Translations under genes and position numbers: made by a program | Notes under the pieces: model-generated | What the model was told of the DNA's origin: nothing | Database searches by the model: none | What the model saw: only the letters and a program-made list of their open reading frames with translations | Assembly: GCA_023205875.1 (NCBI GenBank) | Contig: CP060762.1 | Location: 620,001 to 684,000 of the forward strand | Source of the DNA: Chloropicon primus | Taxonomy: Eukaryota | Direction: 5' to 3' | Length of the DNA stretch: 64,000 nt | Shown: piece by piece, positions 51,856-61,400 of the stretch | Layout: every line of letters starts with the position of its first letter | Position numbering within the stretch: position 1 is the stretch's first letter

Positions 51856-53496
51856 TCACCCCTGGGACTTGTCGAGCATGGCCCAGCTGAACGACACGAT
51901 GGAGACGCCGACGAGGAGGGCCGCCGCGATGGCGATGATCATCTCCTTGCGCGTGAAGGGGTGCCGGGAGGAGCCTCCGCCCCCCGCGGCCGCCGACCGC
52001 CTGGACGACGAGCTCCCCAAGAGCCAGTCGAAGACGTCGTTGCTGCTGCCGTGCCTCGACATGGAGCACACCTTCCCGTCCCGGTCGACCCGCACCGGCC
52101 TGCCCGCCAGGTAGAAGGAGAACGCCAGGTAGAACCCGGTGACGCACACCGTGAGAAAGGAGTTGACGGTCTCGTACTCGGTGAGGCTCGACAGGGTCTC
52201 TGTGATGGAGAAGAGGTTGAGGACCAGGGCCGCCACGGCCGAGGCCCAGCAGGCGTTCTGCAGCCACCTCGGCAGGACGAAGACACCCATCTTGAGCTCG
52301 GAGCACAAGAACTTGGTCAGGGGGATGACCGTGAACGGGACCACCAGGTTCACCACGACCTGGGCCTTCTCGATGAGGTCCGCGGCGGTGTTCGGGCCGT
52401 AGGTGTAGACGATGAGGAACGCCGGGAGGATCGCGATGACGCGGGTGACGAGCCTCACCACCCAGCCGGGCACGGTCATCTCGAAGAACCCCTCCATGAT
52501 GTACTGCGTGGAGAGCACCCCGGTGAGGGAGCTAGACTGCCCGGCGCAGAGCATGGCGGTCGCGAACGCCATCGAGGCAGAGCCCCCGAGGGTGTTCCCC
52601 AGGAGGTCGGCGCCCTGGGAGAGGGAGACCACCCTCTCCGGATAGAACTCCGAGGCCGCGAGGATGAGCATGACGATGTTCACCAGCGTCGCCAGGAAGA
52701 GGCAAAGGCTGGTCTCCGCCAGGTTGAAGGCGAAGGCCTCCCGCACGGCCCTCTCGGTCTTCTCGATGGACCTCACGTTCACGAGGGCGGACTGCAGGAA
52801 AAAGTTTGGGGGGCACACCGCGGCCCCGAGGTTGGCGCAAAGCAGCTCTACCCAGGTCTTGACCCCGAAGTTCTCGTTGCTGTGCCACAGCCTGGGCACG
52901 AGGCCGTCCAGGATTCCCCCGATCGACGGCGAGACCATGAAGATCTCGACCAAGTAGCAGAGCAGGACCGCGCCGAACAGGAGTCCCACAATCATCTCCA
53001 CCGTCCTGATTCCGAAGTACTGCAGGCCCAGGGCAAGGAAAGTGTCCAGGCCCGTGATGAGGACGCCGTAGTGCAGGGGCATCCCCGTCAAGATCTCCAG
53101 GGCGATGGCTGTGCCCATCACGTACCCAACGTCCGCTGCTATGGAGGCCAACTCCACCGAGAACCACAAGAAGATTCTCACCTTCCAGGGGTACTCAAGC
53201 CTGTTCTCCTCCGCAAGATTTCGGCCAGTCGTGATCGAAAGGCGGGTACACACGTGCTGGAACAGCAAGCCGATCAGATTGGAGACCACGAGGGCCCAGA
53301 GCAGCTTGTACTGAAAGACCGAGCCGCTCTCCATGTCCACGGTGATCTGCCCGGGGTCCACATATACCACTGCTATGAGTATCCCGGGTCCAAGGAACTG
53401 GAGGAACTTGGACCAGTTCGTTCCCTTCTGGTCGATGACAATGCTCCCCTCCTCCTTCCCAGCAGGGGCACGGGCGTGACCCTTCTCCGCCTGCAT
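51856..53496 (-). CDS. NRAMP-family divalent metal transporter with divergent metal-binding motifs
   Basis: FLGPGILIAVVYVDPGQ, TGRNLAE, CAGQSSSLTG...QYIMEGF, TRVIAILP; 11-12 TM helices. Confidence 0.92.
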   Translation of the reverse strand: MQAEKGHARAPAGKEEGSIVIDQKGTNWSKFLQFLGPGILIAVVYVDPGQITVDMESGSVFQYKLLWALVVSNLIGLLFQHVCTRLSITTGRNLAEENRLEYPWKVRIFLWFSVELASIAADVGYVMGTAIALEILTGMPLHYGVLITGLDTFLALGLQYFGIRTVEMIVGLLFGAVLLCYLVEIFMVSPSIGGILDGLVPRLWHSNENFGVKTWVELLCANLGAAVCPPNFFLQSALVNVRSIEKTERAVREAFAFNLAETSLCLFLATLVNIVMLILAASEFYPERVVSLSQGADLLGNTLGGSASMAFATAMLCAGQSSSLTGVLSTQYIMEGFFEMTVPGWVVRLVTRVIAILPAFLIVYTYGPNTAADLIEKAQVVVNLVVPFTVIPLTKFLCSELKMGVFVLPRWLQNACWASAVAALVLNLFSITETLSSLTEYETVNSFLTVCVTGFYLAFSFYLAGRPVRVDRDGKVCSMSRHGSSNDVFDWLLGSSSSRRSAAAGGGGSSRHPFTRKEMIIAIAAALLVGVSIVSFSWAMLDKSQG

Positions 53497-53671
53497 ACCT
53501 GCTCGACCTCCAAACTAGTCTAGTCTCTCTCTCCCTAGTCTCTCTCTCAGCTGCTGCAAGAGACACAAAATCCAATCCCTTCCCTCAGTCAGAGTCAGAG
53601 AGGAGTCAGTGTGACGACGAGCCTCCTGTGCACACCCGCATGATGGCAAGAACAAGAGCAAAGATGAACGG

Positions 53672-55391
53672 ATGGGATGGACCAAGCGCCTTCCGAAGGC
53701 TGCACCTGCCTTCCCCTTTGCGGATTGGATGGCCCCGAGAGCGAAGGACCTTTCTTCCTTTCTGTCGTGCAGAACATTGATCCCAAGGGAAGGATCCACT
53801 GAGGCAGCAGTGGAGTTGGGCCAAGGGGACTCGGGTATTGCTCGAGGGGACGCAGCACGGGCGTGGGACAAGGGGTTTGAGGCAAGATCGAGCTTCCTTC
53901 TCTCGGAGGGACACACGAGAAGACCACCTTGCGGCGAAACCTTTCGTGTTGGAAGACAGGCGAACCTCCGATACAGGAGGAGGAGGAGGAGGACAGCTGG
54001 ATTGCAAAGTCTCCAAGTCGCCTGGGACCGGAAGAATCGGACGCCTTGCGATGCGATGAAGGGGGAGATCGGTGCACAGAATCGGTATCTCGTGCTTCCC
54101 GGGAACGAGCCTAGCCTCGTGCTCGAAGCGCTCGGCAAGAGAGGGTGGTGGAAGGAAGCAGCAGACGACACCAACTATGACTTTTGGTGGGGAGGGAACG
54201 GTCAGAGGTTTCCCTTTGATTCTCTGAAGCAGGGGAAGAGAAGGGAAGGGCCGTCGAGCACCCCAGTGTTCAACAAAATTGACAACCATAGAGAAATATG
54301 CACGAAGACCGGGCTGGCCAGAACAATATCCGAGTGCTGCACTTCGCAGAAGAAGACTTGCTTGGAGTGGGCACCAGAGACCTACACCTTCTCGCGGTAT
54401 GGCAGCTTGAGCGAGGAGCTTTCCAAGCTCAAGAGAGCCTACAGGCGGTACGTGAAGAGAGCAAGCGAATCGGCGCAAAAGTCCAGTGGCGGGTGCTGGA
54501 TACTGAAGCCCGCGGCCATGAACCGTGGCCGCGGAATTCGCATCTTCGACAACATCAAGGACATTGAGACTTTCCTGCGATCACGGGTTTCCAGCGAAGC
54601 TTACATCGCTCAAAAATACATCGAGAATCCTGTAAGTTCCGACTTGATGCGGCGGCTGGCACGGTTGTTGTGCCAGTATGTAAACGCACGCACACATACG
54701 CACACAATTCTCTCTCTCTCTCTCCCACACTGACCTCCGTCGTCCGATCTGGTTCGCTGATCCCTCCATGGCTTGCTGGAAACCCACAACGCAGCTGCTG
54801 ATCGAAAACAGAAAGTTCGACATCCGTTCCTTCGTCCTGGTGACGTCTGATCCGTCGAGAGTTTACCTGCACTCGGAGGGGTACATCAGGACCTGCTCCG
54901 TGGAGTACAAGCACGATGACGTTGGCGATGGATCCCTTGCGAGCCATCTCACCAACGACGCGGTGCAGAAGACATCATCAGAGTACGGCTCCTTCGAGGA
55001 CTGCAACAAGATGAGCTTTGACGGTTTCGAGAACGCCATGCGTGCCTCGGGCCGGAGCGACTTTGACTTTCGCAAGGACATATACTCGCAGATCAAGAGG
55101 TGCACGGAAGAACTCTTCCGTGTCGCCATGAAGAAGATGAAACCGCACAAGATCCGAGGGTCTTTCGAGCTCTTCGGTTTGGATTTCATGTGCGACGAAG
55201 CCTTACAGGTTTTCCTCGTCGAGGTCAACACCTCCCCGGCACTCTTCCGCCGAGGAGAACACTTGAAGAAGATCCTGCCATTGGTGATGGAGGAGGTGCT
55301 GCAGAAGGCGGTTGACCCGTACTTCCCGCCGACTCGGGGCGAGCAGTGGCCCAAGCGACTGAATCACTTTGAGGAGCTTGCGATAGACTGA
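53672..55391 (+). CDS. Tubulin-tyrosine ligase-like (TTLL) polyglutamylase/glycylase, 2 exons (intron 54632-54794); start uncertain
   Basis: WILKPAAMNRGRGI, QKYIENP|LLIENRKFDIR, HLTNDAVQK, FELFGLDFM, LVEVNTSP. Confidence 0.9.
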
Positions 55392-55435
55392 GAGCGTAAA
55401 CGGCCGGTTTATACATTATGCTTTACTCGTTTTGC

Positions 55436-56233
55436 TTACTGCGCAGTGGCTTTGGAAGGAAGTCCCTGCTGCGGCTCCACGAATGCTGCGTACAGCTTGC
55501 ACCGCTGAAAGTCCAAAGAGAGTGAGATAACCCAAACCATGACGTTCGCCGTCAGCAGCCACTCCAGCAAAGCGCCGGTACCGCCGTTCACTCCCACGAT
55601 ACGGAAGACGACTTCGAGGGCGAGCAGAGCCCAGAACGCGCGGATGCACCAGTGCTTGATGCTGAGCGCGGCTGGAGAGACTCCAGCGGGAGCCACGAGG
55701 CCAGACTCCTCGGCCTGCCTCACGGCCTTGCTCACGTTCGAGGTCACTGAGCACATGGCGACAATCTGACAGATGAAAAAACCGCTTGCACCAATGGTGT
55801 GGAAGGTCCACGGCATCTCGTCACCGGGCTCGATGCAGCAGGAGCCCATGATGAGAAGGAGGCAACCAACCGCTCCGCAGAGGGACGCCTTCTCGTTCGG
55901 CAACGCCGTGCAGCACTGCCTCAACTTGAGGGACTTGCACACGCTTTCGGCCCAGGTCGCCACAGTCACCCACACACCTATCAGCATGCAGCACGATATC
56001 GACATGCCGATGCGGAAGAAGTACCTCTCCGGAGAGCCCCTCGCGCAGTGCGTGATGTCCGGAAGCCACAGCGGCGTGTGTTTCAACAATACGCTCGAGG
56101 TGATGTAACATGTCGCAATCGTTCCCAAGGCCAAGATGGCCGCCTTTATTGGCACGCTCTCGACTTGGAGCCCCCCGAGGACGACCATGCCGTCCGCGAA
56201 TGCGTTCTCTCCCTTTCCCTTTGTCTTCGTCAT
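55436..56233 (-). CDS. Frag1/DRAM/Sfk1-family membrane protein
   Basis: WLPDITHCARGSPERYFFR, HTIGASGFF, LLEW; six TM helices. Confidence 0.75.
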   Translation of the reverse strand: MTKTKGKGENAFADGMVVLGGLQVESVPIKAAILALGTIATCYITSSVLLKHTPLWLPDITHCARGSPERYFFRIGMSISCCMLIGVWVTVATWAESVCKSLKLRQCCTALPNEKASLCGAVGCLLLIMGSCCIEPGDEMPWTFHTIGASGFFICQIVAMCSVTSNVSKAVRQAEESGLVAPAGVSPAALSIKHWCIRAFWALLALEVVFRIVGVNGGTGALLEWLLTANVMVWVISLSLDFQRCKLYAAFVEPQQGLPSKATAQ

Positions 56234-56413
56234 CGCCGGACCCTCCCAAGTTTGTCTGGTTTCCCTTCGCTCGCTCGTCGTCCGCTGCACCGACCAAGCC
56301 TTGTGCTTCGCTGGAGGTCTGCAGGATGAGAGAGAGATGAGGGGCACGAGGAGGAGGAGATTGAATGTCGGGCAGACAGACACCTTTGATGGCGAAATTG
56401 TGGATTCACGGAG

Positions 56414-57337
56414 TTAGAGGGGGTTCATGGCGACCTCACCCTGGTTTTGTCCACCTCCCGGTGATCTCGGCTTGTCCATCTCGTGGAAGGCCTGCTGACG
56501 GCGTTGCTTGATCCTGCTCCTGAGCTTCCAGATCACGAAGCCAGTGAGCACCATAATTCCCACAATGAGAACGCAGATGACCGTGACCACAGCTATGCCG
56601 GCGGGGGTCAGCCCCCCCGACGTCTTCACCGTGCTGTAGAGGTCCTTCTCGTTCGCGCTGAGACTCGCCTCCTGCGTTTCCGTCAAGTTGGCAAGGATCT
56701 TGTCGAGATTCTCCGACTCCGGCTGCTGGCTGCTGGAGGACGAGGGCGGATCGGTGGTCCCCTGATCGGAGGATTTCGGGGCGCAGTAGCCCCAGCCCTC
56801 TCCCCTCTCATTCCAGGCGTCGTGGTCGTACACGCACCACGGCTTGGTCTCCCCCGTCAACGTGCAGTCCACGACGACTTGGTTGTACCCCACGATGAAA
56901 GGAAAGTCGCAGGCCTCCCCGGCGGCAACGGTCCAGCACGTGGGCTGCAAGAAGACAGAAAGAAGGCCCTTTGGCTCGTTGCAGGCCTTGCCACCGACCG
57001 TCTCCCTCGTGTTTTTCGGCAGAAAGGGCGCCATCGCGTCGACCAATTCGTTCGACTCGCAGCACGTGCTGCAAGCGAGCTGCGCTTTGTTCTCCAGCAG
57101 GAGGTCCGATGGCACCGTCTGCCCGGAGGTATCCACCGCCCTGCAACTGCAATCGCACCCCTCCCCTCCTCCCGTCAACTCCCTCTCGATCCCGCTGCTC
57201 GACAGGGTCCCCCTCTGCAAATCCTGCGCCACAACCATCGTCCCCACATGAGCCACAACAGCAACAACGAGTATTCCAACCCAAGGTGCCACCCCCCCTC
57301 CCCCTCTCCCCCTCCTCACCTCCCGCTCCGTCCTCAT
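56414..57337 (-). CDS. Type I membrane protein with a fibronectin type II-like domain
   Basis: Signal-like helix; CDFPFIVG...DCT...PWC...WGYC; TM helix followed by a basic cytoplasmic tail. Confidence 0.75.
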   Translation of the reverse strand: MRTEREVRRGRGGGGVAPWVGILVVAVVAHVGTMVVAQDLQRGTLSSSGIERELTGGGEGCDCSCRAVDTSGQTVPSDLLLENKAQLACSTCCESNELVDAMAPFLPKNTRETVGGKACNEPKGLLSVFLQPTCWTVAAGEACDFPFIVGYNQVVVDCTLTGETKPWCVYDHDAWNERGEGWGYCAPKSSDQGTTDPPSSSSSQQPESENLDKILANLTETQEASLSANEKDLYSTVKTSGGLTPAGIAVVTVICVLIVGIMVLTGFVIWKLRSRIKQRRQQAFHEMDKPRSPGGGQNQGEVAMNPL

Positions 57338-57586
57338 CACGTACCTCTCTCTCTCGTCTCCTCGTCGTCGCTCCCTCCAACGCCTCGGCCGTTAATGTAT
57401 TTCATCTCGGCGCCCCATTAACGGGCGAGCACACGAGGGTTTCGCCGGCGAGGACGAGACGAGGAAAGGGTGCGGCGACCAGGGCAACAGCGGGACGCAC
57501 AGAATGATGTGACGTGTTGTCATGTGATAGGACGAAGATTCGTCTCAAGGGCTTTCGTTTGATACCTTGGTGGAAGGATTTGGAGC

Positions 57587-58342
57587 ATGGAGTCGACCAA
57601 GGCGGACCCCGTGCTGCTTCTGACGGGGAGGAAGTGTGCGTCGTCAAATGTCGTGGATGAAGACGGAACGAGGGTGTTTCGCGTGAGGGGGGAGGCCATC
57701 GCGGTGAGCGAGAGGGCGAACGTTCAGGACAACACGGGATTCATCGTGTGGGACGCGGCGTTGGCCCTGACCAAGTACCTCGAGGAGAACGCCAGTCGGA
57801 TGGTGCGGGAGGGTTGCATGGCAACGTCGCCGTCGTCGTCGTCTTCGAAACGGACCGTGATCGAGCTCGGGGCCGGCACAGGTCTGGTGGGCCTCGCGTC
57901 CGCAAAGCTCTTCCGGGGATCCGACTGCGTGTTAACCGATCTGCCCGTCGTGGTGCCCCAGCTGGAAAAGAACATCCGGCTCAACGAAGGGGTCTGTTCT
58001 GCGGTGAGTGCCAGGCCACTTGACTGGTCGTGGTCCGCGGAGAGGGTGCGCGAGAACTTTGCAGACGTCGCGGACTCTGTGACCCTCGTGCTCGCCTCGG
58101 ATTGCGTCTGGCTGCGGGACCAAACCAAGGACTTCGTCAAGGTTGCCGCCTTGCTCTGCGGCGGTGGTCTCAAAGGGGGGGGAGCGAGCGCAAAGCTCGT
58201 GGTAGCGCAGCAGCGCAGGTCAGCAGCCCTTGAGGATGCCCTGAGGAGGGAGCTTGAGGCTGCTGGCTTCCGGGATGCGGCCCCCAAGGTGGCAGACGAT
58301 TCTGCGAACTTGAGGATATGGGAGCTGGAGCTTTGCTTGTGA
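57587..58342 (+). CDS. METTL21/Methyltransf_16-family protein lysine methyltransferase
   Basis: TGFIVWDAA, VIELGAGTGLVGL, LTDL, LDW, LASDCVW. Confidence 0.9.
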   Translation: MESTKADPVLLLTGRKCASSNVVDEDGTRVFRVRGEAIAVSERANVQDNTGFIVWDAALALTKYLEENASRMVREGCMATSPSSSSSKRTVIELGAGTGLVGLASAKLFRGSDCVLTDLPVVVPQLEKNIRLNEGVCSAVSARPLDWSWSAERVRENFADVADSVTLVLASDCVWLRDQTKDFVKVAALLCGGGLKGGGASAKLVVAQQRRSAALEDALRRELEAAGFRDAAPKVADDSANLRIWELELCL

Positions 58343-58478
58343 CCTTGGCCCTTGACTCATGGATAACTAGAAATAATTTCATTGTACAGTACAATTTAGT
58401 CTTATTGGTACAAGCATATGATGCTTTTTTATATGATGCTTTTTGTGTTGTTGTTGTTGCAGGATTGCCGCGCTCAGC

Positions 58479-61400
58479 TCAGCTCCTGTTCGACAAGAGC
58501 ATGTCTCTCAGAGTCTTGTTCTCTCCAGAGCTGTGCGCGAATGGCAACCTGACTTGGTTGGAGGCAAAAGGATTGAAGTGCGATGAGGTGTACTGGCTCT
58601 CGTCCTCGTCCCTGGACAGGACTTGGAGCTGGCCGTAAGGGCTCCCAGCGCCGCTTGCGCCCCTCTCGACCTCCGGAACGTCCTCGTCTTCGATGTCGGT
58701 GTCGTCGTCCGCCGCGCTGTGCAAAATTCTTTGCCTCCTCTTCTTCTTCTTGCAGCAGCAGCAGAAGACGGTCGTGGCGATCACCACGAAGATGCCTGCG
58801 CTTACCCCGATGACAATCTCGAGGGACAAGCCCAGGACCACCTCGTCGTCCTCCTTGAGGACGGGAGGGGGTGGCGGTGGTGGGGATGGCGGTGGCGGGG
58901 ACGGCGGTGGCGGTGGCGGTGGCGGTGGCGGTGGTTTTGGTGTGTCCACCATGTAGGCTCCGAAAGCGAGCATCTTGTAGTGCAAGGTGTACGTCGACGA
59001 GTACAGGCTACCCAGCTCGACGGAATGCTTGCTGCTCACGTCCAAGGAGTTGGCATTCAGCACGGACGAGTCCGTTGGCTTGGCTCCCGCCACCCAAGTA
59101 CCCTGGAAGAGGCCGTTGGGCGAGCCCTCCACGCTGCCCTCCACCCAGCTGTTTCCGTTCCACAGCCTAACGGTTGGGTACATCTCCTGCAGCTGGAGTT
59201 GGAGGTTTGCCGTCTTGCTGGCTCTCACGCCGATCGTTGACACGTCTGCGATGGACTGCATTCCGCTCTCATAGTGAAGCAAGTACAAGTCGGAGACCAG
59301 CCTGTTCCTGTCCTTGATGTTGTCCACCAGGGAAGGCACGTGGACCTGCGTCAGGACCATCGAGTGCTGCATGGCTGCAGCAGCGAACTCGGTGGTGACG
59401 TTGGCGTAGCTTCCACCCAAGGAGCTGTAATCTCCCAGGGCAGTGGCATAGGTTTGCGTTCCGGCGGGTCGAGAGTACTTCTGGAGGCTCGCCGTGAAAC
59501 TTGTGGTCTGCAAGACGCTTGGGGGCGTGTTCGCAGCGAGCTGGCTGCCGAGGATCTGGTGCATCAGGTCCAGCAGCCTGAACACCTCCGCCCTCAGTTG
59601 CGGCGGCTGTGACTCGCACTGGGCGTCCAGAACGAGGGCCAAGTTCGACACCGCTTCCGCCATGCAGGACGAGCTTGGGTCCGTGAGGGTCACCCCGGAG
59701 GAGCCCAAGGCCGCGTTTTGCAATCTCGCGACGGCGGTGTACAACGTGATCGCGTTCTGGGACGAGACCGCGGGGATGTCCCTGGAAAGCTCGGCGTAAC
59801 TGCACATCTGGTGCTGGAACAGAGGCTCCGAGAAAGGCTTGCTCGAGCGGATGGTCTCCAAGATCGCCATGATTTCCCCGTGAGGGACGCTCATGCCAGA
59901 AATCCCAAAGCACGTCTGGCTCACCCTGTCGTTCGTCGCAGTGACGTACCTCTGCTTGTAGATGTCGATGCTTTGCTGCGCAATGGTCAGCTCGCCCAGG
60001 TCGATGTACCCCCGGACATTCGTCACAAAGTTGGAGGCATCCGTCACGTTGCTGGACTGCAGCAGCCTTCTCCTCGACGACGACGCGGAGCTCGCGAATT
60101 CGGTCCCGTCGACCACGATCTGCCCCGCGGACACGATCTCCGTGACCGCGCCGTGGACATCCGAAATCGCTGCCTTGACGCTGTACGTCCCAGCTGGCAA
60201 GATGAAATTCAGGCTTCCGAACTGCTGCTCCAAAGCGAGGAGCTTCCAGTCCGCGCTCGGATCGGTGGCGTCCTTGGAGTAGAACAAGTACGAGAAGGGT
60301 TGGTCCACGACGTCATCCACCCAGTTCAGGGCGGAGACCTTGAACATGGTCTCGGCCTCCTTGCCCGTGGCGGGCGAGACCGTGAGGATTCCGCTCGAGG
60401 GTGCAGCATTTACGTTGACATCAAACGATGCACTCCAAGCGAGGTCGCCGACTTGCACCGACGCTTTGAAGGTGTAATCCTGGCCACCCAGGAGCTTGTC
60501 CGAGTCTATCACCAGCATGGCTTCCCCGCTCGTGTCCGTGAGGGCGACCTTGTCGAGGTCCAGGGATCCGGAAAGGCTCGTCCAGTCCAGGGTCGAGATG
60601 TAACTCGGGGGATCCACGATCGCCTCGAGGGTGAGCTGGTTGGAGGGGCTGAACTTTCCTGCTGCCGCGGGACCGGTGATGGACAATTTCGGGGCAACGG
60701 CCGTGGTGTCCACCACGGTGATCACGACCGACTTCTCCGCCACGCGATTCGCTTGCGCGGGTTCCTTGACCACCGAGACCTTGAACGTGTACTCTCCCTC
60801 GGGCAGGAACTCCCCGACAGTTGGAGAGAACGGCAGGAAACTTGAGCTCCTGTAAAACTCGATTGGGGTCTTCTTGAAGGGGCAAGCCTCCTGGGTCGTC
60901 CCCGCCGCCGTCTTGTGGCAAGTCCACGAGAACTCAAAGTCAGAGGGGTAGCTGTCCGGATCCGCCGCGTCCACGCGCAAGGTCAAGTCCTGGCCCGTGG
61001 TGACGCTCCTGCTGCTTCCCGCGAAGTTGACCGTGATCGCAGATGCTTCCACCTCGATGGCGACCTCCGCCGTGCTCGAGAACTGAGTGCTCCCCTTCAC
61101 GTTTCCTGAGATGGAGAACGTGTACGTTCCGACGGAAAGCATGTTTGAGGGAATGTAAAGGTACCTCGTGCTTAGGGAGACCGTGTGAGCCTGCCTCTCC
61201 GACGCGCTAACAACGTTCGCGAGGCTTATCGTGGGCCCCCCAGTTTGGGACCAAGCGAACACCATGCTCTCCTGCATGCCGTCAAAGCTGTCCCCGGATT
61301 TGCCGCTCAGACAGCTTCCGTCGGGGAAGCTGGCGTACGCCTCCACTGTCAGCGACTGAGAGACTGATATCTTCTTTGAGGATCCCCCGTTCACGTAAAT

